63,652 nt of DNA, filler included, from 9 parts of 9 records of this genome joined end to end with filler, not necessarily neighbours in it; one strand, 5' to 3'; shown: positions 48,104 through 57,988, numbered from the whole stretch's first letter. Numbers and translations are program-made. Notes: a model not told the origin generated them from the letters alone.

Positions 48104-49237
48104 TCAGCCGTATTGCCCGGCGACCATGATGTGATTGTCCCAGCGGCCGGCGGAAAGGAAACCGGAAGCAAGCGGCCTGACTAGGCCGGTGCGCGCATCG
48201 ATCATGGAAACCCCGCCCTGTCCGCTGCTGACCAGGAACCGGCCCGGATTGGCGGCCTGCGCAACGCCGCAACCGTCGGCAACCGGGACGGACGAAAGAT
48301 AAGTCCCGTCGGCGGCCCGCCAGAAGGTGACGACGTTGCCGCGCGGGGACGAAACGGCAAAGACCTCGCCCGCGGAATCGAAAGCGACGCTGCCGCAATA
48401 CTGTTTCATTTGCCGCAGCACCCTGGCCCGGCCGTCGACGAAGCGGATCGGTGTTTTCCGCCGATGCGTGGCGATCAGGGGAACCGAATCGCCGGCCGGC
48501 CCCTGATACTGCATGGCCACGGCCACCGTATCGTCGCGGCCGATGGCGAGATGGCGGATGCTGAGTTGATGCAGATCCGCAGCCAGCCGATGTTCCTTGA
48601 TGAGGCTTCCGTCCCGGCGGTCGAGATAGGCCAACGACGGCGCCATGGTCGGCAGGTTGAGCTTGATCCTGGGCTGATCCGGCCTGGTCAGAATGCCGCC
48701 GTTGGCAACCACCAGGGTGGCGCCATCCGACAGCAGGCGGACGTCGTGCGGCCCGATGCCATGGGACGGCATCTCGCCGATCCGCCGGTAATCATCGGTC
48801 GCATCGTAAAGGCCGATAATCCCGCGGCCTTCCGCGAAGTCGTTTTCGGTCGAATAGAGCAGGCGGCCGTCCGGGCTGAAGACACCGTGACCGTAAAAAT
48901 GCCGGTTCTTCGGCGGTTCGAGCGTCCGCACGATGGCGCCGCTTGCCAAATCGATGACAGCCGCAAAGGTGCCGGGCCGACGGGCGAAATGCACGATGGT
49001 GCCGGCCCGGGGATTTACCGCGAAGGAATGCCCGCGGGCCGGGATCGGCAAATCGAAGACCGGGCGGCCGTCTGCCGCGAAGCCGGCAACACGATAGCCG
49101 TCCTCGCCGTCGGCCCTGGCGCTCAAATAAAGCCTTTGCCCGCTTTCCGCCCGCAACCGCATGGGCAGGAGCGGCCAGGCCAGGCCCCCCGCCACCAGCC
49201 GCAGCAACGTTCTTCGATCAATCGCCGTCCAATGCAT
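48104..49237 (-). CDS. DUF1513 domain protein (Tat-exported beta-propeller)
   Basis: DRRTLL Tat motif, FARRPG, HFYGHG, GIGPHD, NGGI, WDNH; likely start 49237. Confidence 0.88.
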   Translation of the reverse strand: MHWTAIDRRTLLRLVAGGLAWPLLPMRLRAESGQRLYLSARADGEDGYRVAGFAADGRPVFDLPIPARGHSFAVNPRAGTIVHFARRPGTFAAVIDLASGAIVRTLEPPKNRHFYGHGVFSPDGRLLYSTENDFAEGRGIIGLYDATDDYRRIGEMPSHGIGPHDVRLLSDGATLVVANGGILTRPDQPRIKLNLPTMAPSLAYLDRRDGSLIKEHRLAADLHQLSIRHLAIGRDDTVAVAMQYQGPAGDSVPLIATHRRKTPIRFVDGRARVLRQMKQYCGSVAFDSAGEVFAVSSPRGNVVTFWRAADGTYLSSVPVADGCGVAQAANPGRFLVSSGQGGVSMIDARTGLVRPLASGFLSAGRWDNHIMVAGQYG

Positions 49238-50354
49238 TGAATCCCACCAATACGCCAAGCGCGGCGGCAAGCCGCGTTCGGACGATCTGTTTAAGGGCCA
49301 GGACCTGGGTATGGAGTTTCTTCACCCGATGCCGCGAATTTGGATCGAGCACCGCATCCGCGAGCGGCGGATCGATCGACTGTGCCGTTTCGATGGTGAG
49401 GCGAAACGCCCGGCGCATCAACGCGGCGAGTTTGGGATCGCCGGTGCCGTATACCTCGACGAGGCCGCCCAAGCCGGGATCGCCTTCGCCGAGATAGAGC
49501 GCTTCAAGCGCCCGCAGGTTGACCACGACGTTGCGCAAGGATCGATCGCTCAGCCGCGATTCGGCCAGGCGCGGTTTCGACGCATCGATGCTGTCTCCCA
49601 GAACCGGTTTCAGCTTGATATCGGCAATCAGCTGCAGACCCGCATAAAGGCTTTGGAAGAAGGCCAATGTGGCCTCCTGATGGGTCTGAAAATACGGATT
49701 GTCCGGACCGGGCGCGATCACGGTTTGGACAAACGATATATTGCCGCCCCGCCAGTCGGCAACGATCCCGGCCGACATCGCATGCAGGTTTTCGGCGATC
49801 CCCGCAACGGCGGCGCACGGAACTGGACCGAAACCTCCTCCCGGCCCGACGTGATCGGGGCCGAAAAGAAGATACTCGGCCGCCGTCAGGCCCTGGGCGG
49901 CAATGCCGGCATCCTCGATTTTCCTGGCGACCTCGGCGTTCTTGTCGATGTCGGCCAACAGTTCCCGCACGGATTTGACGGTTCTTCCGCGACCTTCCGG
50001 CCAAAAGTAGATCCGATAGCCCCGAGAAAACAGCTCGACCGGCCCGAACCGCAGGTGCTGCACGCCCATCCAGGCGTCCATGGCATCGTGGTATCGGGCC
50101 CGCATTTCGCTTCGATCGCCGTTTGCCGGGCCGCCGCAAAAGGCCCTCGTTGCCCCTGAAAAATCAGCCGCCGCCGCGACAAGCCGTTCGTAGCGCGGCA
50201 GGACATGGGTTTCGACCATGGCCGCATTGACACCGGCGTAGGCGCCTTCCCGCACCGTGTCGTCGGCCCTGGCCGATAAAGGCGAAATCAGGAGGGCTGC
50301 CAGCAGGGGAACGGCCACGCGGTTTCGCCGGGCAGGAACCATCGGCATCACCAT
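49218..50354 (-). CDS. Imelysin family protein
   Basis: RFGPV, FWP, QGL.A.EYLLF, C-terminal GFNALDGD. Confidence 0.88.
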   Translation of the reverse strand: MVMPMVPARRNRVAVPLLAALLISPLSARADDTVREGAYAGVNAAMVETHVLPRYERLVAAAADFSGATRAFCGGPANGDRSEMRARYHDAMDAWMGVQHLRFGPVELFSRGYRIYFWPEGRGRTVKSVRELLADIDKNAEVARKIEDAGIAAQGLTAAEYLLFGPDHVGPGGGFGPVPCAAVAGIAENLHAMSAGIVADWRGGNISFVQTVIAPGPDNPYFQTHQEATLAFFQSLYAGLQLIADIKLKPVLGDSIDASKPRLAESRLSDRSLRNVVVNLRALEALYLGEGDPGLGGLVEVYGTGDPKLAALMRRAFRLTIETAQSIDPPLADAVLDPNSRHRVKKLHTQVLALKQIVRTRLAAALGVLVGFNALDGD

Positions 50355-51862
50355 TAGAGCGAGCCCAGGAAAGCGAGCAGGGCATCGCGTTCCGGCTTGG
50401 TCATGTCGACGATGCGCTGTTTAGAGGTTTCCGCTTCGCCGCCGTGCCAGAGAATCGCTTCGAGCAGATTGCGTGCCCTGCCGTCATGAAGGAAATAAGT
50501 GTGGCCGCTGACCGTTTGCGTCAGCCCAATGCCCCACAGCGGCGGGGTGCGCCATTCCTGTCCGTCGGCGACGCCTTCGGGCCGGCCGTCGGCCAAGTCT
50601 TCGCCCATGTCGTGCAGCAAAAGGTCGGTATAGGGCCAGATCAGTTGGAAGGACTGCTCGGGGCCTTCCGAATCCCGCCGGGTGACGAATTTGGGTGTAT
50701 GGCAGGCCGTGCAATCGGATTCGTAAAACAACCGTTTTCCCTCAAGAACCTGGGGATCGTCGACATCGCGCCGGGCCGGCACGCCGAGATTGCGGCTGTA
50801 GAAGACTAGGGCGTCGAACATCGTATCCGTCGCCTCGACCGTCAGATCATCGGAGGCCCCGCCGTGCGGGGCCGACCGGCAATCGGCCTGTGCCGGCGTG
50901 CAGTCGCCAAACGGCTTCGGGTAAAGCGGTGTCGAAATGCCGACGTCGCCGCGAAAGGCGCCAGCCGATTGCTGTGCGACGGTTGGCTGACCGGCCTTCC
51001 AGCCGAACCGGCCAAGCATGACCTGATCGTATTCGTCGCTCCAGACCCGGTTGGGCCGGCCGGAAATGCCGTCGCCGTCGGTATCGTCCGGATCGGCACC
51101 GGCCATAATGTCGGCTTCCAATACGGCTTCCAGCAGCCCGACCCCGATCATCGGCGGCGCCACGCGGGGCGACAGCAGGGTCCCGGGATGCAGCGGGCCG
51201 TAATTGAGATCGGCAACGCCGTAGGACGGTTTGCGCAAATTGACCACGGTTCCGTCGCCAAGGGTTACCGGTCTTTCTTCGTAGGCTATCGTCATCCGGC
51301 CTTCGGCCAACGTGCCCTGGACCGAGAAGTTCTGCAACTGGCCGCCGTATGTCGGTTCGGGAAAGGTCGAGATCCGGTGTGCCGCCAGGGCGCGGCGCTC
51401 GGCTTCGGTTTGCGGCGGAATGGAAAGCCGCAGGAACATCGATTCCGCCGGTTCGCCGGGAGCGGGCGGATGACCACGGCCGTCCTTCAGATGACAGCGT
51501 TGGCAGGCCCGCGCGTTGTACAACGGGCCAAGCCCGTCCGATGCGCGCGTTGAACTGGGCGAGGACACCCAGATCTTTTTGAAGATGCCGTTGCCGACCT
51601 TGAAATCGAGTTCTCGTTCGAACCGCATGTTGGCGGATGACTGAGAAAAGGCATCGCGGTTCGGCAGCTTGAAAACCGTCGCCGCCCCGGCCTGTCGGCT
51701 TTCGTAGCGTTCGGGCGCCGAAAAATCCTCCGTCGGCCGGGTCACCGCTTCGATCCGAGCCCTGTCGGCGTTTCGGTCAGCGGCAATCGCCGCAAACGCA
51801 ACGCAGGCCATAACGAAGCCAAGCAGTGCGGTTGATATAATTCCTGGAATTCCGCGGGACAT
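50354..51862 (-). CDS. Di-heme oxidoreductase family protein (DUF1111)
   Basis: DGLGPLYNARACQRCH, CTACH, DLLLHDMG, WRTPPLWG, LHDGRAR. Confidence 0.92.
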   Translation of the reverse strand: MSRGIPGIISTALLGFVMACVAFAAIAADRNADRARIEAVTRPTEDFSAPERYESRQAGAATVFKLPNRDAFSQSSANMRFERELDFKVGNGIFKKIWVSSPSSTRASDGLGPLYNARACQRCHLKDGRGHPPAPGEPAESMFLRLSIPPQTEAERRALAAHRISTFPEPTYGGQLQNFSVQGTLAEGRMTIAYEERPVTLGDGTVVNLRKPSYGVADLNYGPLHPGTLLSPRVAPPMIGVGLLEAVLEADIMAGADPDDTDGDGISGRPNRVWSDEYDQVMLGRFGWKAGQPTVAQQSAGAFRGDVGISTPLYPKPFGDCTPAQADCRSAPHGGASDDLTVEATDTMFDALVFYSRNLGVPARRDVDDPQVLEGKRLFYESDCTACHTPKFVTRRDSEGPEQSFQLIWPYTDLLLHDMGEDLADGRPEGVADGQEWRTPPLWGIGLTQTVSGHTYFLHDGRARNLLEAILWHGGEAETSKQRIVDMTKPERDALLAFLGSL

Positions 51863-51925
51863 GCCGTTCCATCCGGTAGGTCCGGGAGCGACCGAAACCG
51901 GCCGCCCCCGGGGTTGTTGTTTTGC

Positions 51926-52356
51926 CTATTGGAAGACGGCCTCGGGATCGTCGAGGCTGTCGGATCCCTCGAAGGCGATCCGCTGCAGGCCAAGCGCGGC
52001 AACGATATCCTCGATCGTCTTCGTCTGGGCCGTCAGGGCATCGACGGCGGCCATGACGACCGCATTGCCTTCGGGATTGTCGGGCCCGATCATCTGGTCG
52101 TAGGACTCGACGGTTTCGGCGCGGTGCTTGAGCGCCGACATCGCATTTTCCGTCGCCTTCAGCTTGGCGATCATCTCGACATTGACGACCGGGGCCAATT
52201 CGGCAACCAGGTGCGACAGGGCAGGGCCGACGATTTTGCGGCCGTCGATCCGGCTGTAGGTGCCGCCGTAGACGTTCAACATGCCGGCGACGTCGAAATA
52301 GTGGCTGTGGTGGGTATTGTCCGAGAAGCAGTCATGTTCTTCTTCCGGATCGTGCA
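51926..52356 (-). CDS. IrpA/IcmP-type imelysin, 5'-truncated
   Basis: Frame open to contig end: HDPEEEHDCFSDNTH; C-terminal FEGSDSLDDPEAVFQ. Confidence 0.88.
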
Positions 52357-52456
52357 NNNNNNNNNNNNNNNNNNNNNNNNNNNNNNNNNNNNNNNNNNNN
52401 TTAATTAATTAANNNNNNNNNNNNNNNNNNNNNNNNNNNNNNNNNNNNNNNNNNNN
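52357..52456. other. Artificial contig spacer
   Basis: N-run + TTAATTAATTAA + N-run. Confidence 0.98.
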
Positions 52457-52458
52457 AG

Positions 52459-52554
52459 ACTGGAGACAGCCTGGAAGATCTGATAGGAAAAGCCGATGCA
52501 AACCTGTACCGGGCCAAAAGGTCGGGGAAAAACCGGGTTGAAGCCGATATTTAA
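52459..52554 (+). CDS. C-terminal end of a GGDEF domain protein
   Basis: Translates TGDSLEDLIGKADANLYRAKRSGKNRVEADI*; absent from the ORF track. Confidence 0.85.
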   Translation, partial: TGDSLEDLIGKADANLYRAKRSGKNRVEADI

Positions 52555-52771
52555 ATTACTAAGCAGTCACGGCTGAATAGATAGAAGGCCATGACGCCAT
52601 ATTATGTCATTTTCGATTTATTTTTTTTTCAATAACAAAACTACACTTCATGCGCCCCAATACCTTGCATTAATAGTTGTTTTATTATATTTTTATTTTT
52701 TCTCCACAAGATATTGACCGCCACATTCCGCACTGTTTGTTATTTTTTATATCTTTGTTGATATATTTTCC

Positions 52772-52800
52772 TTGACTTCCCTCACCTCAATTAATACAGT
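52772..52800 (+). promoter_or_regulatory. Sigma70 promoter of the GNAT gene
   Basis: TTGACT-N17-TACAGT. Confidence 0.5.
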
Positions 52801-52919
52801 TTCGAAAGCTACATAGTAGCTATCTTGTAGCCACATCATTTCTGATAATAATCAGCGGCTTTAATAGCCGCATCGCCTGCGCCTCGGGAGGAAGAGCCGC
52901 CGGTAAAAGCGAGGGGGAT

Positions 52920-53417
52920 ATGACCACGAATGCAAAATTCAAACAGTTCCCGCGGATAGTCCAGGATGCCGCCCATATGCGAATGAATCTTGAAATAAGA
53001 ACCTGCAGTGAAGCGGATCTGACCGGCATAGTGAAAATCCAGGAAGACATTCTTCGACGCAAGGCGCCAGGCGAATGGATCGATCTGGTCAAATTCCATT
53101 TGAACAAGCCGGAAGGCATCTGCCTGGCCGCGGTCAGTGAAGGAGAGGTCATAGGCTATTTTTGCGGGCAGGTAAAGCATGGATATTTCGGCATGAAGCA
53201 TTCCGGGTGGATCGAGATGTTCGGAGTCAGTCCCAAAACCATGGGACACGGAGTGGGGCAGGCCCTGGCCCGAAAGGCGTTCGACCTTTTTCGCGAACAC
53301 GGCGTCTCGGATGTATATACGGCCGTGCGCTGGGACTCTGGGAATCTTTTGGCCTTTTTCAAAAGCATCGGCTTCAACCTTAGTAATTTTATCAACCTGA
53401 GAAATAAGCTTGATTGA
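52920..53417 (+). CDS. GNAT family N-acetyltransferase
   Basis: GWIEMFGVSP..MGHGVGQAL acetyl-CoA motif, FFKSIGF. Confidence 0.88.
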   Translation: MTTNAKFKQFPRIVQDAAHMRMNLEIRTCSEADLTGIVKIQEDILRRKAPGEWIDLVKFHLNKPEGICLAAVSEGEVIGYFCGQVKHGYFGMKHSGWIEMFGVSPKTMGHGVGQALARKAFDLFREHGVSDVYTAVRWDSGNLLAFFKSIGFNLSNFINLRNKLD

Positions 53418-53454
53418 GTTCGTTACGGGTTTAATTCTCAAGGAGGTATTGACA

Positions 53455-53553
53455 ATGTTTGAAATATTCCGGGAGCGGCATGACAATCATCATAAATACG
53501 CCCGTCAGTGGAAGAAATAAAATCCGTACGGCAAGGTCGTGTTTTTTTGTTGA
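53455..53553 (+). pseudogene. 5' remnant of a 2-hydroxyacyl-CoA dehydratase / bzd-type benzoyl-CoA reductase subunit (BzdN-like)
   Basis: Strong RBS AAGGAGG; MFEIFRERHDNHHKYARQWKK*NPYGKVVFFC* resembles the family N-terminus (YAxxWK...GKVVGYFC) with an in-frame stop. Confidence 0.55.
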
Positions 53554-53578
53554 CTTTCATATTCAAGTTCCATATCAT
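53550..53578 (+). promoter_or_regulatory. Sigma70 promoter of the surface protein gene
   Basis: TTGACT-N17-TATCAT. Confidence 0.55.
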
Positions 53579-53737
53579 AATATAATCGCCAGAGTTATTC
53601 TCATCTAATTTTGTGTTTTTTTTACCTTCAATAGAATACCCATAGCGGTGTTCCAGCTAATTTGAATGGAGACAGCTTTTCAGGACCAAGGCTCACCTGA
53701 TGTTGTTGAATTAAAATCAACAAAAAAGGAGGGCAAT

Positions 53738-54859
53738 ATGCCTGTATTACCGGTCCGGAAAAAGGCTGTCATTCATTTTTCGGTCCTTTTTTTTACTTTC
53801 TTCCTTCTCTTCGGCAGTGTAACGCAATCGAATGCGGCTCTCGTCAGCTATGCCTGGAAACAAGGTAAAAAAAAGATCGCCAAAACCGCCGCAAAAAAAT
53901 ACCTTCCACTTGTTAATGTATGGGAAACAGCGTATTCGGGCACTCAGTTTGTTATGAATGGACTGAACATGATTGACACCGTTGGAGATGTAAAAACAGG
54001 TATTCTAAAAAAACAGCCATGGGCCATAGCCCATACGGAAGTCTTTCTACTGGGGCCTGACACGGATAGCGACACAGACCCGGCAATAGCCAGCGCCGCA
54101 TCATCCCAGGCCAATTATTTAGGCGATGCAGCGGCATGCAATTCTTTGGCTTCAGCAACTGATGAGGGTCACATCAGCATTGGCGGCTATTCCAAAGGCT
54201 GGGCATCCTGGATCGGGCTGGCCGGTATAGGAGCCAGCGCAAAAGTCGGCGGGACAGGGCTGGCGAAAATCGCTGTATCCGGCTTAAATCAAATATTGGA
54301 TCCATATGCCGAACCTGTCATAAACTCATCGGATCCGGAAGCGATGGCGCAGGAAAAACAGCTTCTCGAACCCGCCGGATTCGACTATTTTCTGCGTGTT
54401 TACTATCCTTCCATAGACCAGGATACTCCCGGCGCTTTATATTGCGAGGCCGAGGTTTTCGGCTTTCTGGAGCTTGTGGACGATGAAGCCGTTAGTCCGG
54501 AAGATGCGATAAAGGTGGCGGTGCATTCTGTCGCCGAGTACTACGACCCTTTGGGCGAGGTTGTCCAACGGATTGAAGGGGACAGCGTCGCCAACCTGTC
54601 CGGCGATGACTTCAGTTATTTTACCGATACGGTGGACGGCATGAATGTCTTTGGTTACCAGGTTGAAAATTTTAATTTAGAATTTGATATCCTTACACCG
54701 GATGACTGGAACCCCGACCATTTCGTACACATTGATTTTCAAGCTATTACCGGGGGCGTATCCGGCCGCATCATCCCGATCCCCGGCGCCGTTTGGTTAT
54801 TCGGATCCGGATTGATTTTACTGATTGGCGTTATTCGAGGGAAGGTATTAATCAATTAG
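53738..54859 (+). CDS. VPLPA-CTERM (PEP-CTERM-like) sorting domain surface protein
   Basis: RBS AAGGAGG, signal peptide ending SNA, C-terminal IPIPGAVWLFGSGL + TM + basic residues. Confidence 0.85.
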   Translation: MPVLPVRKKAVIHFSVLFFTFFLLFGSVTQSNAALVSYAWKQGKKKIAKTAAKKYLPLVNVWETAYSGTQFVMNGLNMIDTVGDVKTGILKKQPWAIAHTEVFLLGPDTDSDTDPAIASAASSQANYLGDAAACNSLASATDEGHISIGGYSKGWASWIGLAGIGASAKVGGTGLAKIAVSGLNQILDPYAEPVINSSDPEAMAQEKQLLEPAGFDYFLRVYYPSIDQDTPGALYCEAEVFGFLELVDDEAVSPEDAIKVAVHSVAEYYDPLGEVVQRIEGDSVANLSGDDFSYFTDTVDGMNVFGYQVENFNLEFDILTPDDWNPDHFVHIDFQAITGGVSGRIIPIPGAVWLFGSGLILLIGVIRGKVLIN

Positions 54860-55244
54860 CACACATCCGAAAACTGTTACATTCGAAAAATAGTTTTAAT
54901 TGTTATATTGACCAGGGTGAAGCCTATCTGGCTCCCCTGGTCTTCTAAAAACGGAACAAAAGCAGGATTCGATCAGTTAAAAAGTTTTATATTGATCTCT
55001 CAGTTATTTTTTATCTATTCACACTTTCTTCCCAGTAAGGATACACCTTAAACGGCCTCATTATATTTTTTATGTTAAATAAATCGAACCTAAGAACCAA
55101 CAAACATTGTAATAATGAAGCGAAATCGTTTTACCTGCAGGTAATGTTGTGTTATTCTGTTTTCGTTTAATTTAACTATTTAAGTGAAAATCTAATTTCA
55201 CGAAATTCAATCTGCTTTTAAAATGTAATGGTCGGGGGGCGATC

Positions 55245-55730
55245 ATGGATAATATAAATTTTAAATGTCCTCATTGCACGAATACTTTCAACATCAATAG
55301 CGAACATACTGCGACAACAATAAAGTGTCCATTTTGCGACCAGGTTTCCGAATTTCACACGCCTGTAGCCAATGTAAAGAAAAAATGCCCGTATTGCAGC
55401 GAAAAAATTATTGCCGATGCCAAAAAGTGCAGGTACTGTGGAGAATACCTGGACATAAGACTTCAAGCCCAGGTAGAAAAAGCTGAAGTGGCTAAAATTA
55501 GAAGTGTGAGCCAAAAATCAAGAGGTCTATATATAATCCTTGGCATATTTCTCGGGACCTTGGGAATCCATAATTTTTATGCGGGACGTTATGGGGCGGG
55601 CATTGCACAACTGTTAATCTCATTGCTGATTGGTTGGCTGATACTGCCGGCTATTATAGTTTTTATCTGGGTTATTGGCGAGTTAATAGCCATTAAAATT
55701 GATGGTAAAGGTTTGCCAATGTCTACCTGA
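55245..55730 (+). CDS. Zinc-ribbon + TM2 domain membrane protein
   Basis: CPHC/CPFC and CPYC/CRYC pairs; KSR....LGIFLG.LGIHNFYAG TM2 motif. Confidence 0.85.
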   Translation: MDNINFKCPHCTNTFNINSEHTATTIKCPFCDQVSEFHTPVANVKKKCPYCSEKIIADAKKCRYCGEYLDIRLQAQVEKAEVAKIRSVSQKSRGLYIILGIFLGTLGIHNFYAGRYGAGIAQLLISLLIGWLILPAIIVFIWVIGELIAIKIDGKGLPMST

Positions 55731-55823
55731 TTAATTCAATTATCCAATCATAATTCAAGCGAAGAATTTAATTTCTTGAATCTTTTGGGTGTTTAACTAT
55801 CGGCTCGCGTTTAATTATTTTCA

Positions 55824-56696
55824 CTACTTCCTGTGTTTTTCCACTATTTCCCGGTTGAGAACCTGGTCGAAAGCCACGCCGGTCATTTTTTCATGATAAG
55901 GCTTCAAGTTTTTCACAAAGCCGGCAATTTCCGTGGGAGCGGAAGCATATGTAAGGGAAAATGCCGGAATCGGGTATTCATCCGACCTGTATTTATCCAG
56001 ATATGGGAGGGCTTCAGCAAAAGGCAGGATGCATAAATCCTCTTTTCGCCGGAACAGCCGGCGAGGCGCCAATTCCTGTCTCGGTATTACAAGTGCATCA
56101 ACCTGTGGAATAAGCGTCGGTATTGCGTCGGGCCAAACGACTATTGTAAGAATTTCACCTTTTATCTTTATAAAGATTATGCCGGGGACAAACACGTTAT
56201 CGCCGAATGTCCGCTGTATTTTTTCTTTCGTAAAATTCCATTTCCATATTAAGTGCAGTTCATCTGTCGGCCGAGTGTAAATGCTCTCGCTTGAATCTTC
56301 TGAATTCATAAAAACGCTGTACCCGAATTCGTTACCCGTGTTCCATCCTCGATGAAATCCTTCGGTATTGTAATCTCCATCGCCTATGCCATTATTCTGA
56401 GGATCGTGAATTTTGAAGCCAAATCGTTCAACAAAACTTCGAACCTCCGGTTCGGCTTCCAGGGCAAAATAATGGGGGCGAAAGAAATTCAGGTTGAACG
56501 AAGCCGAACTCAGCGGCTCTTCAAAATCATCATCAGGTTCCTCGGTTGAATATTCAAATCCAAAATAAACGCCGGTATTTTCGTTTTCATAAAAGGCCTG
56601 ACCATCCGCAACCGTGTATTTATCCCTGCTTTCGAACCAGGCGTTAAATTGTTCCAGGGTGATGTCGGCTTCAGTAAAAAAGAGATCGTAACTCAT
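55824..56696 (-). CDS. Hypothetical protein (290 aa)
   Basis: Long ORF with RBS GGAG; no family recognised. Confidence 0.75.
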   Translation of the reverse strand: MSYDLFFTEADITLEQFNAWFESRDKYTVADGQAFYENENTGVYFGFEYSTEEPDDDFEEPLSSASFNLNFFRPHYFALEAEPEVRSFVERFGFKIHDPQNNGIGDGDYNTEGFHRGWNTGNEFGYSVFMNSEDSSESIYTRPTDELHLIWKWNFTKEKIQRTFGDNVFVPGIIFIKIKGEILTIVVWPDAIPTLIPQVDALVIPRQELAPRRLFRRKEDLCILPFAEALPYLDKYRSDEYPIPAFSLTYASAPTEIAGFVKNLKPYHEKMTGVAFDQVLNREIVEKHRK

Positions 56697-56883
56697 GGCT
56701 CGCTCCAGGTTAAGTATTTACAGAGCAGTTTATCATAACGCGTTTAAGAAAAACCTTTGCCCGGTGAACTGTTTATCTCAATTCACCGGACTCCCCTTTT
56801 TTAATTGTTTAAAAATAGATACATCAGGCCTTTGGTCGGCCATATTCTGCTCCACCGAATACGGCCCGCATGCAACCAAGCCT

Positions 56884-57888
56884 TTACTCATCCATATTTA
56901 TTTCCGGGTATAACTTTTTGACGCATCCCGGGCAAATGCCATGGCTGAACTTTGCGTCCGAATGTTCCTGAATGTAGCATTCGATTTCATGCCAGTAGTC
57001 TTCATCATCGCGTATTTTCTTACAATTGCTGCAGATGGGAATGAAGCCCCGCAATGTCTTCATTTCGGCCCAGGCCTCTTTCAATTCCTGGAAAAGCCTT
57101 TCCCTTTCCTCTTCCGCCTTTTTGCGTTCAGTTATATCAATTGAGGTCGATGTCAGAGCTATGGGCTTGCCTTCCCGGTCATGAACAATAGCCGCCGACA
57201 CCTGAACGTGGAACAGCGTCCCATCCTTCTTTTTGGCCATGATCTCGCCAAGCCATGAACCATTTTCTATCAAATAATACATAATTTCATCCAGCTGCTC
57301 TTCAACCAGCCAGAAACTCCAGAACGGCTTTCCAATTATCTCTTCTCTATCCTGAAAACCCCACGTTATGTAAAAAGCTGGATTGGCATAGGTCATATTG
57401 CCTTCGAGGTCAGCTGTGGCAATAATGCTTGAGGCGGACTCAATTATGTATTCCTTTTTTAACAGTTCGTCCTCGTCTGCTTTTCGTTTGGTAATATCGA
57501 AGACAACCCCTTCTATTCCAAAAAATTCTCCATTCTCGGAAAAAAGAGACGTTTTGTGATCTTCAACCCAACGGGTTCCCCCATGCTTGTCAATGATTCT
57601 ATAAGTCTGAATTATTTCTTTCGGCTCTTTTATCAACTCGGAGCCTTCTTTGAAAACCTGTTCCTTGTCATCGGGATGAATAATGCTTATCCAATGTTCT
57701 TCCCGTTCATTGAGTTCTTTGTTGGTATACCCGCATATATTGACGCTGTTGCTGATAATTTCAGCCGACCAGTCCGGACGAGCCCAATAGACCATCCCCG
57801 GGATATCCTGAACCAGTGCTTTATACATGGCTTCGCTTTTTCTTGCGGCAGCTTCTGATTGTTTCAGTTCAGTAACATCCTTCATGAC
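56884..57888 (-). CDS. Multi-PAS protein with C-terminal PICxxC...HGICPxC domain, 5'-truncated
   Basis: Two PAS/PAC domains then IPICSNCKKIRDD...SHGICPGC. Confidence 0.88.
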   Translation of the reverse strand, partial: VMKDVTELKQSEAAARKSEAMYKALVQDIPGMVYWARPDWSAEIISNSVNICGYTNKELNEREEHWISIIHPDDKEQVFKEGSELIKEPKEIIQTYRIIDKHGGTRWVEDHKTSLFSENGEFFGIEGVVFDITKRKADEDELLKKEYIIESASSIIATADLEGNMTYANPAFYITWGFQDREEIIGKPFWSFWLVEEQLDEIMYYLIENGSWLGEIMAKKKDGTLFHVQVSAAIVHDREGKPIALTSTSIDITERKKAEEERERLFQELKEAWAEMKTLRGFIPICSNCKKIRDDEDYWHEIECYIQEHSDAKFSHGICPGCVKKLYPEINMDE

Positions 57889-57988
57889 NNNNNNNNNNNN
57901 NNNNNNNNNNNNNNNNNNNNNNNNNNNNNNNNTTAATTAATTAANNNNNNNNNNNNNNNNNNNNNNNNNNNNNNNNNNNNNNNNNNNN
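57889..57988. other. Artificial contig spacer
   Basis: N-run + TTAATTAATTAA + N-run. Confidence 0.98.

Noticed and set aside
46464-48398. 644-aa minus-strand ORF
   Set aside because: Antisense shadow of the ALDH gene in high-GC DNA; runs into the N spacer and has no recognisable motifs
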